From assembly GCA_964016885.1 (NCBI GenBank), contig OZ024741.1, forward strand, positions 289,850,001-289,914,000: DNA of 64,000 bases, given 5' to 3'. Position 1 is the first letter of the stretch; every line of letters begins with the position of its first letter. Origin of the DNA: Eledone cirrhosa. Lineage: Eukaryota. A model generated the notes under the pieces. That model searched no databases, had not been told where the DNA came from, and saw only the letters and a program-made list of their open reading frames with translations. The translations under genes were made by a program, and so were the position numbers. Positions 1 through 13,394 of this stretch are shown here, piece by piece.

Positions 1-290
1 TAGTAGTATTGGTGGTAGTGTTAGTGGTAGTGATAGTGGCAGTCATAGTGGTAGTGTTGGTGGTAGTGTTAGTGGTAGTGATAGTGGTAGTCATAGTAGT
101 AGTATTGGTGGTAGTGTTAGTGGTAGTGATAGTGGCAGTTATAGTGGTAGTGTTGGTGGTAGTGTTAGTGGTAGTGATAGTGGCAGTTATAGTAGTAGTA
201 TTGGTGGTAGTGTTAGTGGTAGTGATAGTGGCAGTCATAGTAGTAGTATTGGTGGTAGTGTTAGTGGTAGTGATAGTGGTAGTGTTGACA
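1..290. repeat. 48-bp minisatellite, about 6 copies, runs off the window start
   Basis: GTGTTAGTGG recurs at 18, 66 and onward at 48-bp spacing; the Val-rich ORF 9..494 is its translation. Confidence 0.9.
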
Positions 291-410
291 ATGTCAAAGT
301 GTTTTTTAAACGTTCTCTTTAATTTCTCCGACAGTGATGGTGTGATTACATGGCCGACAATTTTGTTCTTATTGTTGTTATTGTTGCTGTTGCTGGTGTT
401 GTTGTGGTTG

Positions 411-445
<35 letters not shown>

Positions 446-589
446 ATGGGTGGTGTTAGTAGTGGTAAGAGGATGTGATTGTATGCGTGTGTAGTTGTAT
501 GTGTATGTCAGTTGACCGACGTATACTTCAGTATGTAGGACTGTGCTTGTGTTTGTTGGAAAGACGATGCAATTGTGCGTGCGTGTGTG

Positions 590-790
590 TGTAGCTATGA
601 GTGATTGCATGTTGGTTGGTATATGAATGTGTGTGTGTGTATGTGTATGCGTATGTGTATGTGTGTGGAGCTATGAGTGATTGCATGTTGGTTGATATAT
701 GAATGTCTGTGTGTATGTGTGTAACTGAGTGATTGCATGTTGGTTGATATATGAATGCGTGTGTGTCTGTTTGTGTGTGTGTGTGTGTGT
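590..790. repeat. Three tandem copies of a 60-75 bp unit with (TG)n spacers
   Basis: TGAGTGATTGCATGTTGGTTG(G/A)TATATGAATG occurs three times. Confidence 0.85.
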
Positions 791-1049
791 GGTTATGTGA
801 ATCTGTGTGTGTGGTTATGTGTGTCTGTGTACGTGCATTTGCGATTATATGTGTATATGTTTGTCACACGTCTATTGCTATATGCGTGAAACGACATTAA
901 TTAAAGTTGTAGTTAAACGGGGGTGAACTGCTGCTGCTGCTGCTGATGATGATGGTGTTTATGTTAATGATGATGATAATGATGATGATGATGACGATGG
1001 TGGCGATGACGTTTATGATGATGACGATGACAATGGCCGCAATAATGCT

Positions 1050-4000
1050 TATGATGATGATGGTGGTGGTGATAGTGAGGGTGGTAGTTGTTGTGCTGTG
1101 TTGGGGGTGGTGTTGTTAGTGGTGGTGGCGGTGTTGGTTGTAGTGTTGCTGTTGGCAGTGGTGGTTGTAATGGTGGTGGTGGTGGTGGTGTTGTTGTTGG
1201 GGATGGTGTTGTTGTTGTTGGTGGTGGTGGCGGTAGTGGTAGTAGTGCTGGTAGTGGTAATATTGGTGGTTGTGTTTGTGGTGTTGGTGTTGGTGGTGTT
1301 GGTTGTAGTGTTGATAGTGTTGGTGGTGTTGGTGGTGGTGTTGTTGGTGGTGGTAGTGGTAGTGGTGGTGGTGTTGGTGGTAGTAGTGCTGGTAGTGGTA
1401 ATATTGGTGGTAGTGTTGGTGGTGGTTGTGTTGTTGGTGGTGGTGGTGTTGGTTGTAGTGTTGATAGTGTTGGTGGTGTTGGTTGTGGTGTTGTTGGTGG
1501 TGGTAGCGGTAGTGGTGGTGGTGTTGGTGGTAGTAGTGCTGGTAGTGGTAATATTGGTGGTAGTGTTGTTGTTGGTGGTGTTGTTGGTGGTGGTGGTGTT
1601 GGTTGTAGTGTTGGTAGTGTTGGTGGTGGTGTTGTTGGTGGTGGTAGCGGTAGTGGTGGTGGTGTTGGTGGTAGTAGTGCTGGTAGTGGTAATATTGGTG
1701 GTAGTGTTGGTGGTGGTGTTGTTGGTGGTGGTAGTGTTGGTTGTAGTGTTGGTAGTGTTGGTGGTGGTGTTGTTGGTGGTGGTAGTGGTAGTGGTGGTGG
1801 TGTTGGTGGTAGTAGTGCTGGTAGTGGTAATATTGGTGGTAGTGTTGGTGTTGGTTGTGTTGTTGGTGGTGGTGGTGTTGGTTGTAGTGTTGGTAGTGTT
1901 GGTGGTGGTGTTGTTGGTGGTGGTAGTGGTAGTGGTGGTGGTGTTGGTGGTAGTAGTGCTGGTAGTGGTAATATTGGTGGTAGTGTTGGTGGTGGTTGTG
2001 TTGTTGGTGGTGGTGGTGTTGGTTGTAGTGTTGGTAGTGTTGGTGGTGGTGTTGTTGGTGGTGGTAGTGGTAGTGGTGGTGGTGTTGGTGGTAGTAGTGC
2101 TGGTAGTGGTAATATAGGTGGTAGTGTTGGTGGTGGTGTTGTTGGTGGTGGTGGTGTTGGTTATGGTGTTGGTAGTGTTGGTGGTGGTGTTGCTGGTGGT
2201 GGTAGTGGTAGTGGTGGTGGTGTTGGTGGTAGTAGTGCTGGTAGTGGTAATATAGGTGGTAGTGTTGGTGGTGGTGTTGTTGGTGGTGGTGGTGTTGGTT
2301 GTAGTGTTGGTAGTGTTGGTGGTGGTGTTGTTGGTGGTGGTAGCGGTAGTGGTGGTGGTGTTGGTGGTAGTAGTGCTGGTAGTGGTAATATTGGTGGTAG
2401 TGTTGTTGGTGGTGGTGTTGTTGGTGGTGGTGGTGTTGGTTGTAGTGTTGGTAGTGTTGGTGGTGGTGTTGTTGGTGGTGGTAGTGGTAGTGGTGGTGGT
2501 GTTGGTGTTAGTAGTGCTGGTAGTGGTAATATTGGTGGTATTGTTGGTGGTGGTGTTGTTGGTGGTGGTAGTGGTAATGGTGGTGGTGTTGGTGGTAGTA
2601 GTGCTGGTAGTGGTAATATTGGTGGTAGTGTTGGAGGTGTTGGAGGTGGTGGTAGTGGTAGTGGTGTTGGTGGTAGTAGTACTGGTAGTGGTAATATTGG
2701 TGGTAGTGTTGGAGGTGTTGTAGGTGGTGGTAGTGGTAGTGGTGTTGGTGTTGGTGGTAGTAGTGCTGGTAGTGGTCATTTTGGTGGTATTGTTGGTGGT
2801 GATGTTGGTGGTGGTGTTGGTGTTGGTTGTAGTGTTGGTAGTGTTGGTGGTGGTGTTGTTGGTGGTGGTAGTGGTAGTGGTGGTGGTATTGGTGGTAGTA
2901 GTGCTGGTAGTGGTAATATTGGTGGTAGTGTTGATGGTGGTGTTGGTGTTGGTTGTAGTGTTGATAGTGTTGGTGGTGGTGTTGTTGGTGGTGGTAGAGG
3001 TGATGGTGGCGGTGGTGGTAGTAGTGCTGGTAGTGGTAATATTGGTGGTAGTGTTGGTGATGGTGTTGGTTGTAGTATTGGTAGTGTTGGTGGTGGTGTT
3101 GTTGGTGGTGGTAGTGGTGGTGGTGGTAGTGCTGGTAGTGGTAATATTGGTGGTAGTGGTGGTGATGGTGTTGGTTGTAGTATTGGTAGTGTTGGTGGTG
3201 GTGTTGTTGGTAGTGGTAGTGGTGGTGGTGGTAGTTGCAGCTATTCTATAGACTATATATACGATGTAGTAGGTGGAGGGGGAGGTGGTGGTGCAGTACT
3301 GGAAGTTGATGTTAACAATGATAAAGCGAGGAACATGTCTTGGGGTGTTGATGGGACTGATAACATTACAATGGAGTGATTGGTGGTGGTGGCGGTGGTG
3401 TTGGTGGTGGTAGTTGTGGTGGTGGTGGTGGTGTTTGTGGTGGTGGTGGTGGTGGTGTTTGTGGTGGTAGTTGTGGTGGTGGTGGTGGTGGTGGTGGTGG
3501 TGGTGGTGGTGGTGGTGGTGGTGGTGTTTGTGGTGGTGGTGGTGGTGGTGGTGGTGGTAGTGGTGGTGTTAGTGGTGGTTGTGGTGTTGGTGGTGGTGGT
3601 GGTGGCGGTGGTGTTGGTAGTGGTGGTGGTGGCGGTAGTGTTGGTGGTGGTAGTTGTGGTGGTGGTGGTGGTGGTGGTAGTGGTGCTGGTGGCGGTGGTG
3701 TTGGTGGTGCTGGTGGTGTTGGTGGTGGGGGTAGTGGTGGTGGTGGCGGTGGTGTTGGTAGTGGTGGTGGTGGCGGTAGTGTTGGTGGTGGTAGTTGTGG
3801 TGGTGGTGGTGGTGGTGGTGGTAGTGGTGGTGGTGGCGGTGGTGTTGGTGGTGCTGGTGGTGGGGTTGGTGGTGTTGGTGGTGCTGGTGGTGGTGGTGGT
3901 AGTGGTGGTGGTGGCGGTGGTGTTGGTGGTGCTGCTTGTGGGGTTGGTGGTGTTGGTGGTGGGGGTAGTGGTGGTGGTGGCGGTGGTGTTGGTAGTGGTG

Positions 4001-5440
4001 GTTGTGGTGGTGCCGGTGGTGTTGGTAGTAGTGGTTGTGGTGGTGCCGGTGGTGTTGGTAGTAGTGGTTGTGGTGGTGGTGATGTTGGTGGTGGTTGTGG
4101 TAGTGGTAGTGGTGCCGGTGGTGTTGATAGTACTGGTTGTGGTGGTGGTGGTGTTGGTGGTGGTCTTGGTAGTGGTGGTGCCGGTGGTGTTGGTAGTAGT
4201 GGTTGTTGTGGTGGTGGTGGTGGTGGTAGTGGTGGTTGTGGCGGTGGTGTTGATAGTAGTGGTTGTGGTGGTGGTGGTGGTGTTGGTGGTAGTGTCGGTA
4301 GTGGTGGTGGTGGTGGTGGTGGTGGTGGTGGCGGTGGTGTTGGTAGATAGTTGTTGTTGTTGTGGTGGTGGTAGTAGTGTTGGTAGTGGTGGTGGTGGCC
4401 GTGGTGTTGATAGTAGTGGTTGTGGTGGTGGTGGTGGTGTTGGTGGTGGTGTTGGTAGTGGTGTTGGTAGTGGTGGTGGTGGCGGTGGTGGTGGTAGTAG
4501 TTTTTGTGGTGGTGTTGGTGGTGGTGTTGGTAGTGGTGTTGGTAGTGGTGATGGTGGCGCTGGTGTTTGTAGTAGTTGTTGTTGTTGTGGTGGTTGTGGT
4601 GGTGGTGGTGTTGTTGGTGTTGGTAGTTGTGGTGGTGGTGGTGGTGGTAGTGGTGTTCGTAGTGTTGGTGGTGCAGTTGTTAGTGTTGGTGGTTGTAGTG
4701 GTGTTGGTAGTGTTGGTGGTGGTGTTAGTGTTGGTGCTGGTAGTGGTTTTGGTAGTGGTGGTGGTGGTGTTGTTGGTTTTGGTAGTTGTGGTGGTGCTGG
4801 TGGTAGTGGTTTTCGTAGTGTTGGTGGTGCAGTTGTTAGTGTTGGTGTTGGTGGTGGTGGTGTTGGTAGTGGTGTTGGTAGTGGTGTTAGTGTTGGTGCT
4901 GTTAGTGGTTTTGGTAGTGGTGGTGGTGGTGTTGTTGGTTTTGGTAGTTGTGGTGGTGGTGGTGGTAGTGGTGTTGGTAGTGTTGGTGGTGCAGTTGTTG
5001 GTGTTGGTGGTGGTAGTGGTGTTGGTAATGTTGGTGGTGGTGTTAATGTTGGTGCTGTTAGTGGTTTTGGTAGTGGTGGTGGTGGTGTTGTTGGTTTTGG
5101 TAGTTGTGGTGGTGATGGTGGTGGTAGTGGTGTTCGTAGTGTTGTGGTGGTGTTAGTGTTGGTGCTGGTAGTGGTTTTGGTAGTGGTGGTGGTGGTGTTG
5201 GTGGTAGTGGTATTTATGGTGGTGGTGGTGGTAGTGTTGGTTGTTGTCTCTGTGGTAATGGCAGTAGTGCTGGTGATGGTGGTGTTGGTAGTGGTGATGG
5301 CTGTCTTGGAGGTGATGGTAGTGGTTATCGCAGTGGTGAGGGTGGCGTTGGTAGTGGTGATGGTGCTGTTGGTATCGGAGGTAGGTGTCTCGGTGGTGAT
5401 GGTGGCGATGGGTATCTCGTTGGTGACGATGGTGGTGGTA
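1050..5440. repeat. GGT/GTT/AGT trinucleotide-derived compound minisatellite; about 140-bp higher-order unit in 1230-3230
   Basis: GCTGGTAGTGGTAATATTGG recurs about every 138-150 bp; open frames on both strands give only Gly/Val/Thr/Pro homopolymer-like sequence. Confidence 0.9.
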
Positions 5441-5444
5441 TTGG

Positions 5445-6170
5445 GTGGTGCTATATTGAACATGGTGGTGGTATGGGGGGTGCTATATTGACGATGGTGG
5501 TGTTATGGGGGGGGTGGCTATATTGACGATGGTGGTGGTATGTGGGAGGCTATATTGACGATGGTGGTGGTATGGGGGGGGGCTATATTGACGATGGTGG
5601 TGGTATGGGGGTGTGTGTGCTATATTGACGATGGTGGTGGTATGTGGGGGGCTATATTGACGATGGTGGTGGTATGGGGGGGGGGCTATATTGACGATGG
5701 TGGTGGTATGGGGGGTGCTATATTGACGATGGTGGTGGTATGGGGGGTGCTATATTGACGATGGTGGTGGTATGGGGGGTGCTATATTGACGATGGTGGT
5801 GGTATGGGGGGGGTGCTATATTGACGATGGTGGTGGTATGGGGGGTGCTATATTGACGATGGTGGTGGTATGGGGGGTGCTATATTGACGATGGTGGTGG
5901 TATGGGGGGTGTGTGCTATATTGACGATGGTGGTGGTATGGGGGGTGCTATATTGACGATGGTGGTGGTATGGGGGTGTGTGTGCTATATTGACGATGGT
6001 GGTGGTATGGGGGGTGCTATATTGACGATGGTGGTGGTATGGGGGGTGCTATATTGACGATGGTGGTGGTATGGGGGTGTGTGTGCTATATTGACGATGG
6101 TGGTGGTATGGGGGGTGCTATATTGACGATGGTGGTGGTATGGGGGGTGCTATATTGACGATGGTGGTGT
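5445..6170. repeat. ~32-bp G-rich minisatellite (GCTATATTGACGATGGTGGTGGTATGGGGGGT), about 22 copies
   Basis: Unit read directly; variation is mostly in G-run length and GT insertions. Confidence 0.95.
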
Positions 6171-6239
6171 TTATTCTGGTAGTTTAATGGGAAGTGGGGA
6201 GGGTGGTGTAAATACGCTATTAATTAATGACTGGCACCT

Positions 6240-7265
6240 GTATATGTGAGTATATATAACTATGTATGTGTAAGTATATATAACTATGTATGTATAAATA
6301 TATATTACTATGTATGTGTAAGTATATATTACTATGTATGTGTAAGTATATATAACTATGTATATGTAAGTATATATTACTATGTATGTGTAAGTATATA
6401 TTACTATGTATGTGTAAGTATATATATCTATGTATGTGTGAGTATATATAACTATGTATGTGTGAGTATATATAACTATGTATGTGTAAGTATATATAAC
6501 TATGTATGTGTGTGTATATATTACTATGTATATGTAAGTATATATTACTATGTATGTGTAAGTATATATTACTATGTATGTGTAAGTATATATAACTATG
6601 TATGTGTGTGTATATATTACTATGTATATGTAAGTATATATTACTATGTATGTGTAAGTATATATTACTATGTATGTGTAAGTATATATTACTATGTATG
6701 TGTAAGTATATATAACTATGTATGTGTAAGTATATATTACTATGTATGTGTAAGTATATATTACTATGTATGTGTAAGTATATATTACTATGTATATGTG
6801 AGTATATATTACTATGTATGTGTAAGTATATATTACTATGTATGTGTGAGTATATATTACTATGTATGTGTAAGTATATATTACTATGTATGTGTAAGTA
6901 TATATAACTATGTATATGTGAGTATATATAACTATGTATATGTGTGTATATATTACTATGTATGTGTAAGTATATATTACTATGTATGTGTAAGTATATA
7001 TTACTATGTATGTGTAAGTATATATCACTATGTATGTGTAAGTATATATTACTATGTATGTGTGAGTATATATTACTATGTATGTGTAAGTATATATCAC
7101 TATGTATGTGTGAGTATATATTACTATGTATGTGTAAGTATATATAACTATGTATGTGTAAGTATATATAACTATGTATATGTGTGTATATATTACTATA
7201 TATATCTTTGTATGTGTCAATATATATTACTATGTATATGTGTGTATATATTACTATGTATGTGT
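6240..7265. repeat. 24-bp minisatellite (TATGTATGTGTAAGTATATATTAC), about 42 copies
   Basis: Unit read directly; gives the 8-aa periodic ORFs 6171..7367. Confidence 0.95.
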
Positions 7266-7404
7266 GAGTCAGTGGCGAAGGGTAACCTGGAAAGCAGAGC
7301 ATGCAGTCCAATGACCATGACGGAAAGTGGGGCTGTGCAACCTTACCCCCTCCTCCATATCCTCTAAATGACTCTCCCGGTCAAAGCCGCACGTAATGTT
7401 TTCT

Positions 7405-7454
<50 letters not shown>

Positions 7455-7557
7455 GTTTTTATGTGTCTACGATTTAGTAAGCAGTCAAAAATCTGCTTGC
7501 CCCAAAGCTGTCGTGTGTATGTGTGTGTGTGTGTGTGTGCGTGTGTGTGTATGTGTA

Positions 7558-7620
<63 letters not shown>

Positions 7621-7799
7621 ATAAATATAATTGCGTCTGAATTTATTTAAAACTACATCTATGCATGTACCTTTGCATACGTGTGTGCTTGAATATATTT
7701 TTATATATGTATTTACGCACATGTTTATGTGATGAACATATGAACACATGAACATATACACACATGAACGTGTGTGTATATGTTTATATGTGTTTGTTT

Positions 7800-8225
7800 G
7801 TGCTTCCATCAGTATTTGTGGAACACTACGACTTTTACTACTTGATTCTATGTGTCCAGAAGTCTGGTAGGTCCGATTCTGGCTTCGAAATAGCGACCAC
7901 ATGTAAGACACATGCATTCATGTCTTCAAGTGCCAGCTGAGTGGCATTTGATTTCCTCTTTTTTACTGGATGCATTTTGTGATGATTTTGCACTTGTTTG
8001 AATTAGAATGTTATGCCAACGCTCATGACTTTCAGTGGTATTTCAGGCAATTTGTAGCACTTTTACTATACGCTAGACATCAGGTTTCCCTGTAGTAAAT
8101 TCACCAGCGAAGAGTTATTTCCGTATGCAAATGTTCTTCATGCGGGCGATAAGGCCTGTTCGAGGAATTGGGTTTCGACTGTTGGAGCACATTGTGCCTT
8201 AAACTTTGTCATGCCACATAATATG
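7800..8225 (-). mobile_element. Degenerate RTE/BovB-like LINE 3' fragment
   Basis: Minus-strand translation gives WHDKV*...RTGLIARMKNICIRK*LFAGEFTTGKP (cf. RTE WxGHxxRMxxxRIPKQLFYGEL) and then CLTCGRYFEARIG (C-terminal zinc-finger remnant); contains stops. Confidence 0.65.
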
Positions 8226-8450
8226 CAAGTGGAGACCTCTGGCGTCAATGGCCCTAGGACCACCTCCCTACTCACCACCATCGGCACAGAGCTGTCTACC
8301 CACAGGTGTGAGTCTCATGAGCTGGAATGGCTCTTCCAGCGCGTTTCCTTCACCATCCTCCGGGAAAACCCCTTCTCTATTCTGTCCTACGGGACCACGA
8401 GTAGGTCAGCGCTTGGGCCCCCATTTGCTTATAATAGTGAGAGATGAGGA
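8226..8450 (+). mobile_element. CRE-clade non-LTR retrotransposon 3' fragment (C-terminus of restriction-like endonuclease)
   Basis: VETSGVNGPRTTSLLTTIG...ELEWLFQRVSFTILRENPFSIL resembles the CRE C-terminal pattern VETxGxxG...QRxSxAIxRGNA. Confidence 0.7.
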
Positions 8451-9891
8451 GTTCGGCAAATACGGAGGCAGTGACAGTGTGAGTTTGGTTCCATTGTGTT
8501 CAGACCTGGTGCGTATTTATATATTTATATAACACATCACATTAATACTTATAGTTACAGCATCACATAAAATAAAAAAATATTGACACTGGTGTACTGG
8601 TCATGAAACAAAATATTTGGTTATAAGAGAGAAACCTGGCCACGTGTATATAATATATAAACAATATATATTTGAAGGTATAGCTGCATGATTAAACGAG
8701 TCAAGGAAAAGGCCACGTTTTATTTGAATATCATAAAAAATGAGGAATATAATTAAACATATCTATAACATGGTAAGAAACTCTCAAGAGATCTGGACAG
8801 CAGATGGTTTTCGGTGAACCCCCCCCCCCCCCCCCCACCCCACTTAAGCAAATGTTTTGACCCTTAACATCTTACACTCTACGGGTGCCGGGCCGCATCC
8901 AGGTCATGACTCCTTGGTGCCCTTCTGCTGACATTTAGCCATTAGGAAATCGGAGATTGTGTATTTAAACAGTATGGAGATTTTGTTGACAGGATCTAAC
9001 TGGAACTCCGCTCCGTTTCCTCTGAAGTTATAAGAAGAAAAAAACGACGAAAGTGCATGATATAGTTTGCAACAATAGAGGACATTTAATTATTTTTAAA
9101 TGTTGTAGTTATTTGACAAATATTATTTACTTAGAAACACGTCTTTAAAAGACAAATATATTTACAATAATTTTTTTAATAAAATAAAATTCCGATATTT
9201 TTAATAAAACTGATCAAACATTTATTGTCTAGAAATATATTTACCAAGTAAATACTACCTTTAAAATTATAAATAAATGTCTGTCTTTTGTAATATTTCC
9301 CTGAAGTATATATTCGTTTTCTTGTCTGTTCAATTTTACAACTTTTTGAAACTATGTATATGTTCTAAGTTTATTCATTTAATTATTTGTTTGAACGATC
9401 AAGTTCCTAAATCCATAATCATAATTCTAATCGTTTTTAAAAGCAGGTGAGATTTGTGAAGATTTTATCATTCGAATTTATGTCGACTTTATCGTCGAAA
9501 TTTGAAATTTGAGATTTTATGTTAAATTTATGCATTTTCAGTCATGTATAATTTGCTTCTCAGATATGTCATCTGCGCATTTATTTTAGCATTGCTATGT
9601 TATGACTAACGTTTCTACTAATAATAGTGGTTTTACAACAAAATCAAAATGAAGAGAACACACAAAGGGCAAAAATAGTCATTGAGAATATCAGAGAACG
9701 TGAGACGGAGGACACTTGACAATAAAATGTGAGTAAATTAAACGAGCAATCTATTATTTGCTCGACTGATAATAAAGCCGAAGTGTAACTCATCTGGTGT
9801 GGTTTTATTGGTTGCATAAATCCGGCAAAGTATGCCAATATCTGATTCAAAACATGGTTACATAAAAATGCACATATATTATATATATTTA

Positions 9892-9945
<54 letters not shown>

Positions 9946-9976
9946 CATATATGTATGTGTGTGTATGTATGTATGC

Positions 9977-10019
<43 letters not shown>

Positions 10020-10149
10020 TATACATACTTATTTATATTTATAGCTGTACATATATATACATACATATTTATAGCTCTATAGACATCTAAGCACAGATAT
10101 ACATAAGTATTTATGTTTTTAGCTTAAAACACAAAATAATGATTTCTAA

Positions 10150-10275
10150 TTTAGGCAAAAAGCGAAGAATCGCGGAGAGGGAGTGTATGTACATCGACCC
10201 GAGAAGAATGAAAGGGAAAGTTGACCTCGGCGGAATTTGAACATAGAACATAAGGGGACGTAACTGAATAATGAA
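10150..10275 (-). mobile_element. tRNA-derived SINE, partial copy
   Basis: ATCGACCC...ATGAAAGGGAAAGTTGACCTCGGCGGAATTTGAAC matches the other copies in the window; B box on the minus strand. Confidence 0.75.
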
Positions 10276-10569
10276 TGCCAATAAAGTTTGATATGATTCG
10301 TACTCTGCTTTCTTTTCACATCTATATCTCTCTCCCCCTCTCCCTCTCTCGTTCTCTCACTCTCTTTTTCTCTCTCTTTCTCTATCCGTTCTGTCCTTCA
10401 TTCATATGCCACTCCATCCATACCCCTTTCCTTGCGATTCTCTTTCCTATATTTTTTTTTTCGTTCGTATTTTTTCCAGCGCCCATCCCTTTCATTTTTC
10501 GTATACACAGTTTTATAACATCAAGTTGTTAATACTCTTTTGCTCTTTTCTACTAAACTCTCACATTCG

Positions 10570-11265
<696 letters not shown>

Positions 11266-12229
11266 TTGCAGCAATTTAGAGTTGCTTAAGGAATTGGTGT
11301 TTCTAGTGGTTATTGTATGTTGTTGCTTTTGTTCTTCTTGATGTTGGTGGTGTTGCTGGTGGTGGTGGGCGACTGGTTTGTGGGGTTGTTGGCGGAGAAC
11401 AGTGGCAGTAAATGGCAACATCTAGTCACCCGATGGATATTAATAAAAATATTCTAGTAATGTGCAATATGTGGTTTTCGGGCTTCAAAAAGACACAACG
11501 TACATGAAACACGCAACCATATTAAAATGTGATACACGCGCTCGCTAGCACACGCATGCGCAAACGTAGCTCTCTCTCATTCTCTCTCCGTTTCTCTCAT
11601 TCTCTCACTCTCTCTTTCTCTGTCTCTCTCTATATCTGTATCTATATCTATATCAGTCTCTGTATATATATATACATACACACGCACAGAAACATATACA
11701 TAGATATTTATACACACACACACGTGCGCGCGCGGAACTCGCACACACACACACACATACACACACACACACATACAAACACACGCCTGCGCGCGCGCGC
11801 ACACACACACACATATATATATATATATACACAGACACTTATATGATATATGCGGAAATGTTTGCATATATGTGTTTTCATATTGCTGTGTGTGTAAGTG
11901 TGTGTGTGTGTGTGTGTGCGTGCGCGTAGGCGTGCGCGCGCGCGCGCGTGTGTGTTTCTGTTTGTGTGTGTGTGTGTGTGTGTTTCTGTTTGTGTGTCTC
12001 TCTATATGTGTGTTTTCGTGTGTATGTGTGTGTGTTTGTGTGCATGTATTTATGTGTGTGTTTGCATTTGTGTGTCTGCGTGTGTCTGAGTTTTTTCGTG
12101 TCTATTTGTGTGAGTGCTTCTGTTTTTGTTTGTGTGTATATGTGTTTTTGGGTTTATGTGTGTGTTTGGGTTTGTATGTGTGTTTGTGTGTATGTGTGTA
12201 CGCACACACAAACCTGCTCACAGAAATAC

Positions 12230-12415
12230 TGGATTGGCAGTATCGGTAGAGGGTCGGACGCCATGCTTTGACGCATAGAGTTACGGCCCTTGCCATTCTG
12301 AGTTCAAAACCCGCCGAGGTTAACTTTGCCTTTCATCCTTACGGGATCGGTAAAATAAAGTACCAGTAATGTACTGGGATAATTGCTGGCCTTGTGTCAT
12401 CAAGTAGAAACAATT
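12230..12415 (+). mobile_element. tRNA-derived SINE, near full length
   Basis: A-box-like TGGCAGTATCGGTAG, B-box-like GAGTTCAAAACCC, body CCGAGGTTAACTTTGCCTTTCATCC...AAAATAAAGTACCAG shared with about 9 other copies. Confidence 0.85.
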
Positions 12416-12690
12416 ATCATAATCATCGTACTATCATCCACTAATATTACCAAGTATTATGATTCCTTATTCAATCATGTTGCTTCTCTCGTGTATATAT
12501 TTTATAGGCTAACCATATTAGCTGAAATAGTGAGATACACATCAATACAGTCTAGTATATTCACCATTACCTCTTCCTTCGACATCCTCTCTCACTTGCA
12601 ATTCTAATATTCTTCACCTATCCATCTATCTATCTAGCTAGCTATCTATGCAGGTATGTATGTATGCACATATATATACGTATATACATA

Positions 12691-12751
<61 letters not shown>

Positions 12752-12806
12752 GTATAAACATATAGACACACACACTCACCCACCCCCACATATAAATATA
12801 TATATA

Positions 12807-13380
12807 CTAGCGGCCTCCTGGCCTTCGTCCCGGTCTATAGTGTATTCAAATCAATTGGTAAGGCACTAATTAGCATCTATCGTAATGACCATGTTTCTTA
12901 AAATGAAAGTTATTAAACGGTCTTCAAATATCGCAACATACAATTGTAAAAAATCATCTAGAATATCTAAATGCAGAAAGTAATAAAGAAAATGATAGAA
13001 AAATGTATTCTACGAAAATTATAAAACATTGACAGAACTTCAATATATACAATAATTTTAACTTTTTTTTTTTGGAACACAAGAGAAGACTTTGTGGGGG
13101 CCCCCTATTCTGGAACAACCTACATATAATTGACCAAGTGAGAAACAGTCCCCTTCTAGAGAGAACCTGACAATCTGCAGTGTTTGGCCTTGGGTCTTTT
13201 TAAGGGTCATTGCGTAACTGACTCTCATTGGAAACTGCAATCGTTTGAAACAAAAGAGGACATCTTGTGGTATTAGCGGTATTATAGTTATAAATATGGT
13301 GCCTCCCATACCACATCCAGCGAGGAGTTATGCTTTGATAATGTGAGGTTGTAGTTCAGTCACAATATATGCACCCCAAT
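12807..13380 (-). mobile_element. Helitron 3' fragment: PIF1-type helicase C-terminus plus CTAG terminus
   Basis: ORF 13058..13309 has FKRLQFPMRVSYAMTLKKTQGQTL and CFSLGQLYVGCSRIG (helicase motifs V/VI). Upstream in frame is VTELQPHIIKA*LLAGCG. The minus strand ends CCGGGACGAAGGCCAGGAGGCCG-CTAG followed by T (12806). Confidence 0.88.
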
Positions 13381-13394
13381 GCGCTATCATAGCT

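Noticed and set aside
1049-5491. Long Thr/Asn-, Gly/Val- and Pro-rich ORFs resembling mucins or glycine-rich structural proteins
   Set aside because: Several frames on both strands are open simply because GGT/ACC-type repeats lack stops; codons are monotonous and there is no unique domain or supported splice structure.
5445-7265. CRISPR-like regular repeats of 24-32 bp
   Set aside because: Head-to-tail units without unique spacers, no cas genes, eukaryotic context.
7267-7395. GC-richer island beginning GGCGAAGGGT, a possible ribozyme or retroelement 5' remnant (similar case at 8880-8945)
   Set aside because: I could not build the required helices, so it is left unassigned.
12230-12320. tRNA gene (A and B boxes)
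   Set aside because: No cloverleaf, and the boxes are joined to a SINE body repeated about 10 times in the window.
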